64,000 nt of DNA, from positions 468,142 through 532,141 of the forward strand of contig JAQTUX010000001.1 in the NCBI GenBank assembly GCA_028707125.1, written 5' to 3'. This document shows, piece after piece, positions 1-9,995 of this stretch (position 1 is its first letter; each line of letters opens with the position of its first letter). A program made the position numbers and the translations under genes. The DNA is from Candidatus Omnitrophota bacterium (GTDB taxonomy: Bacteria > Omnitrophota > Gorgyraeia > Gygaellales > JAQTUX01). The notes below the pieces were generated by a model. It made no database searches, was not told where the DNA came from, and was given only the letters and a program-made list of their open reading frames with translations.

Positions 1-301
1 ACTAAAAGACTCCCCATAAAGATTATTAGTAATCAAACGCAGAAAATGAGCACCATTAGAATTAAAATAGGCGAATTTTTTAAAACTCCCCAGAAAGTCA
101 CAGAGAAAAAGAACGAAGTAGCAATACCATTCGTATTAAATAAAGAGAAATTGTGGATGCGTTTGTCACTTGATAAAAAATAGGAAATAGTGATAGGAAA
201 TAGCGGGGACGGTTCTCTGGGATATTAGTTAGCGTAATAAGTTATGACACCTCGATTATAAATGCGAGGAGGCATTATCCGATAACAAAGGAGAGAGGGA
301 T

Positions 302-523
302 ATGGACAGAGAGACGAAGAACATAGTGGGTTTACTGGTCAATCTGGCTATACCAGGGATTGGAACAATTATTTGGGGTGATAGCAATAAGGGGGTAACG
401 CAGTTAGTCCTGTGGTTGGTAGGGGTATTTTTATCCTTTGTTATTATCGGTATTCCTTTAGTTTTTGGTGTTTGGGTTTGGGCTTTAGCAATGGGAATAA
501 AGAGGATGTCCAAAAATAAATAA
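302..523 (+). CDS. small integral membrane protein, TM2-domain-like
   Basis: 73-aa ORF with two hydrophobic helices and a Gly-rich pattern (IPGIGTIIWGD...QLVLWLVGVF) resembling TM2 domains. AGGAGAGAGGG RBS-like stretch lies upstream. Confidence 0.4.
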   Translation: MDRETKNIVGLLVNLAIPGIGTIIWGDSNKGVTQLVLWLVGVFLSFVIIGIPLVFGVWVWALAMGIKRMSKNK

Positions 524-651
524 TGAATACTGGCGGCGGGGCGCTTTTAGGCTGGAGGGTACCCCACACTTACGTGTGGGGAATGATACGATAAGAATAG
601 CCAGATGATTCTACACACGTAAGTGTGTAGAGGAAAAAAGGAGGGGGTGCG

Positions 652-1197
652 ATGCGCAAGGTAGTAGTCTTAGGAATTATAGCAATATTCGTGGTATTCT
701 TGGGGACTGCCCTATGCCAGGACATAGCGGGCAGGTGGTACGCGGGCGCGGCGGCAACTTATGTTCAGCCGGAAGACGCGGAATTCAAGGAAAAGCTGAC
801 GGGTTTAGGCAGGATATTTGTGGGCAAAGGAATAAATAACAATCTTTCCGCGGAGCTTGAGGCGGATAGTTTCAGGATGAAATCAAAAACCGGCTCTAAG
901 GTAAGGGTGAGCTCGGTCCTGGCCAGCCTGGAATTAAGGAAGAAGTTTGGAGTGATCTACCCTTACGCGCTGGCCGGATTGGGCTGGTCATTCTTCAGTT
1001 TTGACGGTATGACGCCCGCGGAGACAAAGGACAAATCAAACTCTTACGCGTATAAACTTGGCGCTGGAGTAGAGTATTTCCTGAATAAGGACTGGGCGCT
1101 GAATTATGAAGCGGCGCATTTTTACACCGACACAGGTGACACTCATTCCGATGTTTGGAACTGGCAGCACAGCATAGGCATAAAATACTATTTTTAG
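652..1197 (+). CDS. small outer-membrane beta-barrel protein (OmpW/OmpA-like 8-strand family)
   Basis: Signal peptide, alternating amphipathic strands and a C-terminal ...GIKYYF aromatic terminus typical of OMPs. GGAGGGGG RBS lies upstream. Confidence 0.5.
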   Translation: MRKVVVLGIIAIFVVFLGTALCQDIAGRWYAGAAATYVQPEDAEFKEKLTGLGRIFVGKGINNNLSAELEADSFRMKSKTGSKVRVSSVLASLELRKKFGVIYPYALAGLGWSFFSFDGMTPAETKDKSNSYAYKLGAGVEYFLNKDWALNYEAAHFYTDTGDTHSDVWNWQHSIGIKYYF

Positions 1198-1201
1198 TGG
1201 T

Positions 1202-1834
1202 ATGAAGGGTATATTCGTCACATTCGAGGGCTCTGAGGGCTCCGGCAAGAGCACGCACTCTAAGATGCTTTGTGATTATTTGAGGCGCGAGGGCCGCGAG
1301 GTGTTGTTTGCGCGCGAGCCGGGCTCGACGTTTGTGGGCGAGCAGATAAGGAAGGCCCTGCTCAGCGTGAGAAACAAGTCGATGTCTGCCAACTGTGAAC
1401 TGATGCTTTATATGGCGGCGAGGGCGCAGATCGTGGATGAGCTGATCATCCCCGCTTTGAAAAAAGGCGCCGCGGTGGTCTGCGACAGGTTCCTTGATTC
1501 AACGCTTGCCTATCAGGGCTATGGGCTGGGAATGGATTTATCGGCGATCCGCCACATGGGCAAACTGGTCACGCGCGGGATCAGGCCGGACATAACCTTT
1601 TTTCTTGATGTGGAGGTCAACGAAGGCCTTCGGCGCGCCGGCAGCGTAAAGGATAGGATAGAATTAAGGCCGCTTGCTTTTCACAGGAGAGTGAGGGCCG
1701 GCTATCTTAAGCTGGCAAAGGCCGAACCCGGCCGCGTCAAGGTGATCAAGGTCGACCACAATAAAGAGCAGACGCAAGAGGCGATAAGAAAACAGATAGA
1801 CGATCTGATAAAGAAATGTCATTTAAGAACATAA
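1202..1834 (+). CDS. tmk: thymidylate kinase
   Basis: P-loop FVTFEGSEGSGKST, DRF/LID-region motifs and ~210 aa length fit dTMP kinase. Confidence 0.85.
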   Translation: MKGIFVTFEGSEGSGKSTHSKMLCDYLRREGREVLFAREPGSTFVGEQIRKALLSVRNKSMSANCELMLYMAARAQIVDELIIPALKKGAAVVCDRFLDSTLAYQGYGLGMDLSAIRHMGKLVTRGIRPDITFFLDVEVNEGLRRAGSVKDRIELRPLAFHRRVRAGYLKLAKAEPGRVKVIKVDHNKEQTQEAIRKQIDDLIKKCHLRT

Positions 1835-2781
1835 TTGGACAGCCGCGGGCAATAGCGCTCATCAAGTCGCAATTAAAAGAGGGCACGCTTAAGGGCTCGT
1901 ATCTGTTCTGCGGCCCGTCCGGCATAGGCAAGACATTGACCGCGCTGGCCCTGGCAAAGGCGCTTAACTGCCAGGAGCAGGGCGATGATTCTTGCGGCGC
2001 CTGCCCTTCCTGCAGGAAGATAGACGGCCTTAATCATCCCGATGTTTTCCTGATAGAGAAGAAGGAAGGCGACTCGCAGATAAAGGTGGATGACATACGC
2101 CTGATGCTGGAAAGGATCGCCTTAAGGCCGTTTGAGGCAAAATGGAAGGTGTTTATTATCAGGGACGCGCAATACCTGAGTTTAGAGAGCGCCAACTGTC
2201 TGCTCAAGGCGCTGGAGGAGCCGCCGGATAATTCGCTGATCATACTCACCACGTCAAATTCCGCGGCGGTCATCCCCACGATCATCTCCAGGTGCAAGAA
2301 GGTTACCTTCGGCAGCCTGCCGCTTAAGGCGGTGGGGGATATCCTCTCGGAGAAGTATTCGCTGGAGGCGGACACGAGCCGATTTCTCGCCCAGTTCAGC
2401 GGGGGCTCTCCGGGTGAGGCGGCAAGGTTCAAGGATATGGATATGCTGGTCGTAAAGAACAGCATAATAGACACCTTTTTGTTCGGCCTCTACCCCAAGG
2501 TGCCCTCGGCCGTATTTGACGACGAGAGAGAGGACCTGAGATTTACCCTGGCGGTGTTAGCCGCCTACCTTCGCGATCTATGGATGCTGAAGATCGGCCT
2601 CAACAGCCGCCTGATAAATGAAGACAGGGCGGACAACCTTGAGTCAATGAGCGGCAGGTACAGTTTTGAGGAGCTGGACGCTGCATTTAACGACCTGAGC
2701 CAGTTGTCCTACCTGGCCGAGAGAAACGTAAGCACGAAACTGATATTCAACTTTCTGAGGTTAAGATTATGCAAGAGATAG
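1816..2781 (+). CDS. holB: DNA polymerase III delta-prime subunit
   Basis: AAA+ Walker A GPSGIGKT, zinc module CQEQGDDSCGACPSCRKI and sensor region. Sits directly downstream of tmk as in many bacteria. Confidence 0.8.
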   Translation: MSFKNIIGQPRAIALIKSQLKEGTLKGSYLFCGPSGIGKTLTALALAKALNCQEQGDDSCGACPSCRKIDGLNHPDVFLIEKKEGDSQIKVDDIRLMLERIALRPFEAKWKVFIIRDAQYLSLESANCLLKALEEPPDNSLIILTTSNSAAVIPTIISRCKKVTFGSLPLKAVGDILSEKYSLEADTSRFLAQFSGGSPGEAARFKDMDMLVVKNSIIDTFLFGLYPKVPSAVFDDEREDLRFTLAVLAAYLRDLWMLKIGLNSRLINEDRADNLESMSGRYSFEELDAAFNDLSQLSYLAERNVSTKLIFNFLRLRLCKR

Positions 2782-3557
2782 TGCAGGTTAAATTAAGAGA
2801 GGCCGGGCAGTGCACTTATTTCTACAACAACGGCCTTGCCCTGAAACTGGGCGATATAGTCATTGTGGAGCAGGACAGGGGGCTTGATTACGGCCATATC
2901 GCCTGCGACGCGCAGGTTGCCGCGGAGCCGGAGAACAAGGACAATATCAAGAAGGTCCTGCGCGTGGCAACGGCTGATGACATAGAGAAGATCGCCGATA
3001 ACCAGCTTCGGGCGGCCGAGGCGCGCAAGACCTGCGTAATAAAGATCGATCAGCACCGGCTTGATATGAAACTGGTTGACTGCGAATACGCCTTTGACCG
3101 CAGCAAGATAATCTTTTACTTCACCGCGGAGGAGAGGATAGATTTCCGGGAACTGGTCAAGGAGCTGGCAGGCATATTCAAGGTAAGGATAGAGTTGAGG
3201 CAGATAGGCGTCAGGGATGAGGCGCGGCTTTTAGGGGGGCTGGGCTCCTGCGGCAGGGAGCTTTGCTGCAAGACATTCCTCAAGGACTTTGTGCCGGTCA
3301 CGATAAGGATGGCAAAGGACGAAGGCCTGCCGCTGAATCCGCCCAAGATCTCCGGGCTATGCGGACGGCTGATGTGCTGCCTGGCCTATGAATATGATAC
3401 CTACAAGGAATTCAGCCGCGGCATGCCCAGGGAGGGCGATAAGATCAGCACTCCCGAAGGCAAGGGCAAGGTCGTCTCGGTCAACATACTTAAACGCAAG
3501 GCGTACGTTGAATTGGAAGAAGGAAAACAAATAATCATAGATTATACGAAGAAATAA
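2769..3557 (+). CDS. ricT: PSP1/RicT (YaaT) family regulatory protein
   Basis: PSP1 C-terminal domain pattern with Cys-rich LGSCGRELCCKTFL...GLCGRLMCC. Conserved tmk-holB-yaaT gene order. Confidence 0.65.
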   Translation: MQEIVQVKLREAGQCTYFYNNGLALKLGDIVIVEQDRGLDYGHIACDAQVAAEPENKDNIKKVLRVATADDIEKIADNQLRAAEARKTCVIKIDQHRLDMKLVDCEYAFDRSKIIFYFTAEERIDFRELVKELAGIFKVRIELRQIGVRDEARLLGGLGSCGRELCCKTFLKDFVPVTIRMAKDEGLPLNPPKISGLCGRLMCCLAYEYDTYKEFSRGMPREGDKISTPEGKGKVVSVNILKRKAYVELEEGKQIIIDYTKK

Positions 3558-5035
3558 TGCCTGAAAAATTCTACATAACCACTCCGATCTATTACGTGAA
3601 TGCCTCTCCGCACATAGGGCATTCCTATACGACGGTTGCCGCTGATACTATCGCGCGTTTTATGAGGGGCAGGATCGGCAAGGAGAACGTGCTCTTTCTT
3701 ACCGGCACCGACGAGCACGGCCAGAAAGTGCAGCGCGCGGCGGAAGAGGCGGGCGTGGCCGTGCGGGAATTCACCGACAGGACATCCGGGAAATTCAGGG
3801 ATCTCTGGCAGGCGCTGAACATCCAATACGACGATTTTATACGCACTACGGAACAAAGGCACATTGAGGCGGTGCAGAAGGTTTTAACCATGCTTTATGA
3901 TAAGGGCGATATCTTTCAGTCAAAGTATGAGGGGCTCTACTGCACGCCCTGCGAGACATTCTGGACAGGGACTCAAGCCGAGGACGGGCTCTGCCCTGAC
4001 TGTAAGCGCAAGCTGGAAAGCATAAGCGAGACAAACTTCTTCTTTAATCTTTCTAAATATCAGGAAGCGCTTATGAAGCATATCGCCTCGCACCCGGGTT
4101 TTATCCGGCCCAGGATACGCGAGAACGAGGTGATGAGCTTTCTTGAGCATAACCGCTTGTCCGACCTGTGCATATCGCGCCCCAAAGAGCGGCTGGGCTG
4201 GGGCATCCCGCTGCCGTTCAGCCCGGATCATGTTACCTATGTCTGGTTTGACGCGCTGATAAATTACATCAGCGCGATCGGCTTCGCGCGGGACAGGAAG
4301 AAATTTGATAAATTCTGGCCGGCGGACATACACATCATGGCAAAGGACATACTCAGGCAGCACGCCATATACTGGCCGATAATGCTCATGGCCCTCGGCG
4401 AGAAGCTTCCCGAGGTAGTGTTCGCCCACGGCTGGTGGAAGATAGACGAGAAAAAGATGTCAAAGTCACTGGGCAACGTGGTTGACCCCTATGCCATGGT
4501 TGAGAAATACGGCGTAGAGGCCTACAGGTATTTCCTGCTCAGAGAGGTGCAGTTCGGCTTTGACGGCAACTTTTCCGAAGAGGCGCTGGTCAAGCGCGTC
4601 AACAGCGACCTTGCCAACGATCTGGGCAATCTCGCGCACAGGAGCGCCACGATGCTGGAGAAATACTGCGCCGGAAAACTGCCGGAGAAAGGCGGAGCGT
4701 TCCCCGCTGATTTTGACAAGGCGCTGAAAGAACTGCCTGAGGCGGTAGAGGCGTTCATGCTGGAATACAATTTCAGCGCCGCCCTTGAGAAGATATGGGG
4801 ACTTATAAACAAGGCGAACAAATACATAGAAGACACAAAGCCCTGGGCCCTGGCAAAAGAAAAGAAGGACAAGGAGCTGTATCTGTTCTTGAACCTTCTG
4901 GTTGAGGTGATAAAGACAGTGGCCGCGGCCCTTGCCGCGCTTATGCCTCAGGCCTCGCAGAAGCTGTTGAAGCAGTTCTCGGCTCCAGAGATCAAAAAGG
5001 GCGAGCCCTTGTTTCCGAGAATAGAGACCAATTGA
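3557..5035 (+). CDS. metG: methionyl-tRNA synthetase (short form without C-terminal tRNA-binding domain)
   Basis: HIGH motif (PHIGHSYT), KMSKS motif (KMSKSLGN) and zinc knuckle CTPCETF...CPDC. Confidence 0.85.
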   Translation: MPEKFYITTPIYYVNASPHIGHSYTTVAADTIARFMRGRIGKENVLFLTGTDEHGQKVQRAAEEAGVAVREFTDRTSGKFRDLWQALNIQYDDFIRTTEQRHIEAVQKVLTMLYDKGDIFQSKYEGLYCTPCETFWTGTQAEDGLCPDCKRKLESISETNFFFNLSKYQEALMKHIASHPGFIRPRIRENEVMSFLEHNRLSDLCISRPKERLGWGIPLPFSPDHVTYVWFDALINYISAIGFARDRKKFDKFWPADIHIMAKDILRQHAIYWPIMLMALGEKLPEVVFAHGWWKIDEKKMSKSLGNVVDPYAMVEKYGVEAYRYFLLREVQFGFDGNFSEEALVKRVNSDLANDLGNLAHRSATMLEKYCAGKLPEKGGAFPADFDKALKELPEAVEAFMLEYNFSAALEKIWGLINKANKYIEDTKPWALAKEKKDKELYLFLNLLVEVIKTVAAALAALMPQASQKLLKQFSAPEIKKGEPLFPRIETN

Positions 5036-5138
5036 AAGCGAAAAGCGCAAAGCGAAAAACGCAAAACTAAAACGTAAAGTTCAAAACGTTTTAAACTTTA
5101 AACTTTGGTTTTACGCTTTGCGCTTTACATTTTACGCT
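5036..5138. repeat. long imperfect palindromic intergenic element (copy 1); 3' 32 bp identical to the copy at 9959-9990
   Basis: aagcgaaaagcgcaaagcg...ggttttacgctttgcgctttacattttacgct; the two halves are reverse complements of each other. Confidence 0.6.
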
Positions 5139-5960
5139 ATGTTAACTGATACTCATTGCCACCTTGATTTCCCGGAATACGGCGAGGATCTGGAGCGGGT
5201 AATAGAGAACGCCAGGCAGGCGGGGATCGCCTTTATCGTGAATATCGGCTCCAGCTTGAAGTCCAGCCGGGAGGCAGTATCTCTGTCCGCGAAATACGAT
5301 TTTATTTATGCCGCGGTTGGCCTGCATCCTCACGAATGGAAAGGTTTCTCCGCCGCGGACATATCGGAGGTCAAGTCGTTAGCGGCAAATAAAAAGGTTG
5401 TGGCAATAGGCGAATGCGGGCTGGATTATCACAGGGCCCACGATAAGGAAAGGCAAAAACAGCTCTTTTCGGCGCATATAGATATAGCCAAAGAGAAGGG
5501 CCTGCCGCTGGTCATACACACCAGGGACGCGCACAATGATACGCTTGATATCTTAAGGCGCGCTTTCCCGGAGGGCGGTATCAGGGGGGTGGTGCATTGT
5601 TTTTCCGGCGACGAAAAGGTGCTTTCTGAGTGCCTTGAGCTGGGGCTGGACATATCCTTCACCTGCAATATAACATATCCCGCTAAGGGCTTTAATACCC
5701 GGCGGGATCCCGCCGATAATATACTTCAGCGGGACAAGAAGGCGGAGGATTTAAGAAAACTGGTCGGCATGATTCCGCTTGAACGGCTCTTGCTTGAAAC
5801 CGACGCGCCGTTCCTGCCGCCGCAGGAGTTAAGGGGCAGGCGTAATGAGCCGGCGTATGTGAAATACCTGGCTGACGCGATAGCGGAGATCAAGGGAATA
5901 AGTTTTGACGAGGTATCGCGCCAGACCGAAGCCAACGCCAGAAGGTTGTTTGGAATATGA
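5139..5960 (+). CDS. tatD: TatD family metal-dependent DNase/hydrolase
   Basis: MLTDTHCHLDF start motif and conserved His/Glu/Asp metal ligands (GLHPHE, ECGLDYH, VIHTRDA, VVHCFSG, ETDAPF). Start placed at the internal Met of the ORF beginning at 5118. Confidence 0.85.
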   Translation: MLTDTHCHLDFPEYGEDLERVIENARQAGIAFIVNIGSSLKSSREAVSLSAKYDFIYAAVGLHPHEWKGFSAADISEVKSLAANKKVVAIGECGLDYHRAHDKERQKQLFSAHIDIAKEKGLPLVIHTRDAHNDTLDILRRAFPEGGIRGVVHCFSGDEKVLSECLELGLDISFTCNITYPAKGFNTRRDPADNILQRDKKAEDLRKLVGMIPLERLLLETDAPFLPPQELRGRRNEPAYVKYLADAIAEIKGISFDEVSRQTEANARRLFGI

Positions 5961-7081
5961 GATCCAGAGTGTCCATAGTCAGGTGCGGCAGTTACGACAG
6001 GGAAGCGGTGCGGCAGGCGGTAGATGACGCCGTCGGCCTGCTCGGCGGCATAACCGCCTTTGTCAAGCCCGGCCGCAAAGTGCTGGTCAAGCCAAACCTG
6101 CTTATGGCGCAGGGCCCGGAAATACCGGTATGCACGCATCCGGAATTCATAAGGGCGGTGGTAAGGATGTTGAAGGCGATCAATGCAGAGGTGCTTATCG
6201 GCGACGGCCCCAGCGTCTGGGGAGGCCGCTCGGAAAATGTGGATGAGGTCTATGATGTCTGCGGCATCAGAGAGATAGCGCGGGATGAGGGCTGCGGTAT
6301 CGTCTATTTTGACAAGCATTCCTGGTTTGGCAAGATACCCCTGGCCGCGGTCCTTAATGAGGTGGACTGCGTGGTGTCTTTGCCCAAACTTAAGACGCAC
6401 AATTTTACGGTGCTTACCGCCGGGGTAAAAAATCTTTTCGGCCTGGTCAGCAGCAGTTTTAAACTCAAGTTCCATAGAGACTTTTTTGACGCGGAGCATT
6501 TTTCCTCCGTGCTGGTTGACATCTACGAAAAGGTAAGGCCGGCGCTGACTATAATTGACGCGGTAACCGCTATGCAGGGAGATGGTCCTGGCCCCAGCGG
6601 CACCGCGAAGCAGCTAGGTTTAGCGCTGGCTTCGCGTGATGCCGTGGCGCTTGACAGCGTGGCCTCTACGATCATGGGACTGCACCCGGAAAATGTGCCT
6701 ACGAACAGGATCGCAGAAAAAAGGCAGTTGGGTAATATAAAAAAAGACAGCATAGAATTATTAGGCGAAGATTTAAGCGAGATAAATGTAGGGCATTTCC
6801 AGCAGGCAGGCGCCTCTATCATATTGAGGATCCCCGCCCCCTTAGCCGCGGTCATCAAAAGGTTCCTTAAGGCCTGGCCGCTTGTGCTGAGCAGGGAATG
6901 CAGGAGATGCCGCAAATGCGCAGCTGCCTGCCCTGAAGGGGCGATATCATTCAACGAAAATAAAGACAGAATAGAGATAGATTACGGCAAATGCATCAGT
7001 TGTTTCTGCTGCCAGGAGACCTGTCCGTATGCCGCGATCGCCACGAGGAAGAGTTTGCTGGCCAGATTGATCGGCTTGTAA
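5957..7081 (+). CDS. DUF362-family protein with C-terminal 2x[4Fe-4S] ferredoxin domain
   Basis: C-terminal CRRCRKCAAACP and CISCFCCQETCPYAAI cluster motifs. N-terminal region resembles DUF362. Confidence 0.55.
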   Translation: MRSRVSIVRCGSYDREAVRQAVDDAVGLLGGITAFVKPGRKVLVKPNLLMAQGPEIPVCTHPEFIRAVVRMLKAINAEVLIGDGPSVWGGRSENVDEVYDVCGIREIARDEGCGIVYFDKHSWFGKIPLAAVLNEVDCVVSLPKLKTHNFTVLTAGVKNLFGLVSSSFKLKFHRDFFDAEHFSSVLVDIYEKVRPALTIIDAVTAMQGDGPGPSGTAKQLGLALASRDAVALDSVASTIMGLHPENVPTNRIAEKRQLGNIKKDSIELLGEDLSEINVGHFQQAGASIILRIPAPLAAVIKRFLKAWPLVLSRECRRCRKCAAACPEGAISFNENKDRIEIDYGKCISCFCCQETCPYAAIATRKSLLARLIGL

Positions 7082-7097
7082 GTACGCTCGCGCGTCT

Positions 7098-7922
7098 TTG
7101 AGCAAAGGGAAGCGTAGAATGAAGAAAATATTTATAATCCTGGTAATAGCATCATTGATATTATCAGGGTGGACAATAAAAAGAGATACAATAAGCAGGG
7201 GCATGTTGTCCCATAGAATAGGGCTTATTTATCACGCTATACCTAGAGTAATACAGAGCGAAACGGGATCTCTCGGTTTAGATAATATTAAGCAATATAT
7301 TTATAGAAATGTCCACCGTTACGGGAATATCCGTGATGACGGCCCTGGATGGATGCTGATCTACGGAGAGGCCTGGTGCGACTCGGTGGCGAATATATAT
7401 ATTCGGTTGGCGGAGGCGCTTGATATAAGAGGATATTTGATTTTTTTAGGAAACGGCAGCCATTCAGTCGCGTATGTTACTCCGGGGCATACGGCCTTGG
7501 AGAATATAGATTATCTTCAAGAAAATGCCATTGTTGTCGATCTGGAGGCAGGCATTATATATAAATGTAAACCAAGGGATATCTGCGGTGTTGATAAGAG
7601 ATATTGTAAGAAGCCCGCGATTTTTTTGATCAATCAGCCGATTTCGGAATATCGGCCTTTCAAAACATGGTTCTATAAAAAAGTATTCCCTCGCATTCCG
7701 GTAACCTGGCTTAAGAAATATATCCAGATCGCCTTGATCTGCAGAAGGTTTGAACGGGGCGAAAGAGAATACTATCTTGCCAGGGTCCACCAGTTGTTTT
7801 TTGACTATGATGCGGCCGCTAGAGGTTATCAGGGGGTAATTAAGAGGCATCCCGCCACGCGTTGGGCTGACCTGGCGGGATATTGGGCGGAACAGATATC
7901 CCTGCGATCGGACCAGAGTTGA
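7098..7922 (+). CDS. hypothetical exported/membrane-anchored protein, possible transglutaminase-like cysteine protease fold
   Basis: N-terminal TM helix. GEAWCDSV...HSVAYV...D spacing is reminiscent of a Cys-His-Asp transglutaminase-like core; this is a weak call. Confidence 0.3.
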   Translation: MSKGKRRMKKIFIILVIASLILSGWTIKRDTISRGMLSHRIGLIYHAIPRVIQSETGSLGLDNIKQYIYRNVHRYGNIRDDGPGWMLIYGEAWCDSVANIYIRLAEALDIRGYLIFLGNGSHSVAYVTPGHTALENIDYLQENAIVVDLEAGIIYKCKPRDICGVDKRYCKKPAIFLINQPISEYRPFKTWFYKKVFPRIPVTWLKKYIQIALICRRFERGEREYYLARVHQLFFDYDAAARGYQGVIKRHPATRWADLAGYWAEQISLRSDQS

Positions 7923-7934
7923 TTTGGAGATAAT

Positions 7935-8975
7935 ATGCCTTTGGCTACTATTGCCTGGAGTAAAGGAAATATAAAGATAATTGACCAGACCAAACTGCCG
8001 CTAAAACTGGAATATATCTATTGCCGCGATATAAATGCGTTGTGGAAGGCGATAAAGTTATTGAAAGTGAGGGGCGCGCCGGCGCTGGGAGCGGCAGCAG
8101 GGTTGGGCGTGTATCTGGGGATCAAGGGTTTTAAGGGCAAGGATATAAACGTATTCAGGCAGCGTCTTAATAAGGTCATTTCCTATCTTGGCTCAAGCCG
8201 GCCTACCGCGGTGAACCTTTTCTGGGGCTTAAACCGCATGCGCTCCGCGTTTGAGGCGAACAAACGCCTTGCCGCGGGAGAAATAAAAAAGGCGCTGTTC
8301 CGCGAGGCAATGGACATAATGGAAGAAGACAGGCGGATATGCAGAAAGATGGGCGCCTACGGAGCGCGCTTGATAAAAAACGGCGACTCTGTGCTTACGG
8401 TCTGCAACGCCGGAAGCTTAGCCACGGTTGATTACGGCACAGCCCTCGGCGTGCTTTACAGCGCCAAAGAGCGGGGCAGGCGCTTTAAGGTCTATTCCTG
8501 CGAGACGCGGCCGCTGCTTCAGGGCGCGCGGCTTACTGCCTGGGAACTGAAGAAGAACAGGGTTGACGTTACGCTTATCTGCGATAATACGGCTGCAAGT
8601 TTGATGGATCAGGGAAAAATAAACAAAATCATTGCCGGAGCAGACAGGATCGCGGCAAATGGCGACGCCGCGAATAAAATAGGCACCTATATGCTGGCAG
8701 TGCTGGCCAAATTTCACAATATACCTTTCTATATAGCGGCGCCTGCCTCTACGTTTGACTTGAAGATCAAAAGCGGCAGGCAGATCCCCATTGAGCAGAG
8801 GGATGCCCGTGAGGTAACAGAGTTATTGCGTAAACGCGGCACAGCGCCGAGGGGCGTCAAGGTGTATAATCCGGCGTTTGACGTGACGCCCGCGGGGCTG
8901 ATCACCGCGATAATCACGGAGAAGGGGATCATAAATAAACCGAATACGGTGAAGATCAAGAGTTTGATCGGATGA
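7935..8975 (+). CDS. mtnA: S-methyl-5-thioribose-1-phosphate isomerase (eIF-2B alpha/beta/delta family)
   Basis: N-terminal WSKGNIKIIDQTKLP...RGAPALG, GSLAT and CDNTAA motifs characteristic of MtnA. Confidence 0.75.
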   Translation: MPLATIAWSKGNIKIIDQTKLPLKLEYIYCRDINALWKAIKLLKVRGAPALGAAAGLGVYLGIKGFKGKDINVFRQRLNKVISYLGSSRPTAVNLFWGLNRMRSAFEANKRLAAGEIKKALFREAMDIMEEDRRICRKMGAYGARLIKNGDSVLTVCNAGSLATVDYGTALGVLYSAKERGRRFKVYSCETRPLLQGARLTAWELKKNRVDVTLICDNTAASLMDQGKINKIIAGADRIAANGDAANKIGTYMLAVLAKFHNIPFYIAAPASTFDLKIKSGRQIPIEQRDAREVTELLRKRGTAPRGVKVYNPAFDVTPAGLITAIITEKGIINKPNTVKIKSLIG

Positions 8976-9871
8976 AGACGCTAAAAGACATCGGAGAATT
9001 CGCTCTGATAGACCGGCTCAGCCGCGGCATTAAAGCGCGCAGTCCCGTGGTAAAGGGCATTGGAGACGACTGCGCGGTGCTGGAGTATAGCGGAAGGGAT
9101 TATTTGCTTGCGGGCTCTGATATGATCGTGGAGGGGGTGCATTTTAAGCGTTCTGCCCCGCCGTTCTATATCGGCAGGAAGGCGCTCGCCGCCGCCTTAA
9201 GCGACATCGCGGCAATGGGGGGGGAACCGATAGCCGCGCTTATTTCCATAGGGCTGCCTGAAGGCCTGCCGCTTAGTTTTATGGACGGGATATACAGGGG
9301 CATCAGGGCGTTGGCGCGCGAATATAATGTCAACCTGATCGGCGGAGATACATCCGCCTCTTCAAAGATAGTCATTGATGCCGTTGTTTTAGGCAGGGTG
9401 GAGAAAAACCGCCTGGTTTTAAGGAGCGGGGCAAAGAAGGGGGATATTATTTTTGTCACGGGCGGATTGGGGGGTTCTATCAAGGGCAGGCATTTTACAT
9501 TTGAGCCAAAGATAAAAGAGGCGCGCTTTCTGGTGAAGAATTTCAGGGTCAACGCGATGATAGATATATCCGACGGCCTGCTTGGCGATCTGGGGCATAT
9601 TTTAAAACAGAGCAAGGCAGGCGCCGTGATCTTTGAGGAACTGATCCCCCTACGCAAGGCGGCCTCAGGCTTCAGGGAGGCGCTGATAATGGGAGAGGAC
9701 TACGAATTGCTTTTTACCACCCCTGTTTCCCAGGCGAGGAAGATAATAAAAATGACAGGCGGCAGATATCGGGAGATCGGGGAGGTCCTGGACAGGGAAC
9801 GCGGCTTTACGCTGGTCACCAAAGATTGCAGGCAGGTGAGATTGAAAGCAGAGGGATTTAGGCATTTTTAA
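8972..9871 (+). CDS. thiL: thiamine-monophosphate kinase
   Basis: AIR-synthase-related fold with IGEFALIDRL...GIGDDCAVL N-terminus and GGDTS motif. Confidence 0.75.
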   Translation: MKTLKDIGEFALIDRLSRGIKARSPVVKGIGDDCAVLEYSGRDYLLAGSDMIVEGVHFKRSAPPFYIGRKALAAALSDIAAMGGEPIAALISIGLPEGLPLSFMDGIYRGIRALAREYNVNLIGGDTSASSKIVIDAVVLGRVEKNRLVLRSGAKKGDIIFVTGGLGGSIKGRHFTFEPKIKEARFLVKNFRVNAMIDISDGLLGDLGHILKQSKAGAVIFEELIPLRKAASGFREALIMGEDYELLFTTPVSQARKIIKMTGGRYREIGEVLDRERGFTLVTKDCRQVRLKAEGFRHF

Positions 9872-9990
9872 AGCGTAGAGCGTAAAACGAAAAGCGCAAA
9901 ACTAAAGTGCAAAACTTAAAACTTTAAAACAAGAAAACTTTAAACTTTAAGTTTTGGTTTTACGCTTTGCGCTTTACATTTTACGCTAAC
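9872..9990. repeat. long imperfect palindromic intergenic element (copy 2)
   Basis: agcgtagagcgtaaaacgaaaagcgcaaaac...ggttttacgctttgcgctttacattttacgct; same family as 5036-5138. Confidence 0.6.
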
Positions 9991-9995
9991 ATCTT

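Noticed and set aside
5726-6499. 257-aa minus-strand ORF overlapping tatD/DUF362.
   Set aside because: Antisense shadow ORF inside GC-rich coding sequence on the opposite strand, with no RBS or motif. The same reasoning applies to 10263-10871(-), 26551-26970(-), 27146-27727(-), 48674-49398(-), 56543-57471(-) and other track ORFs fully nested in stronger genes.
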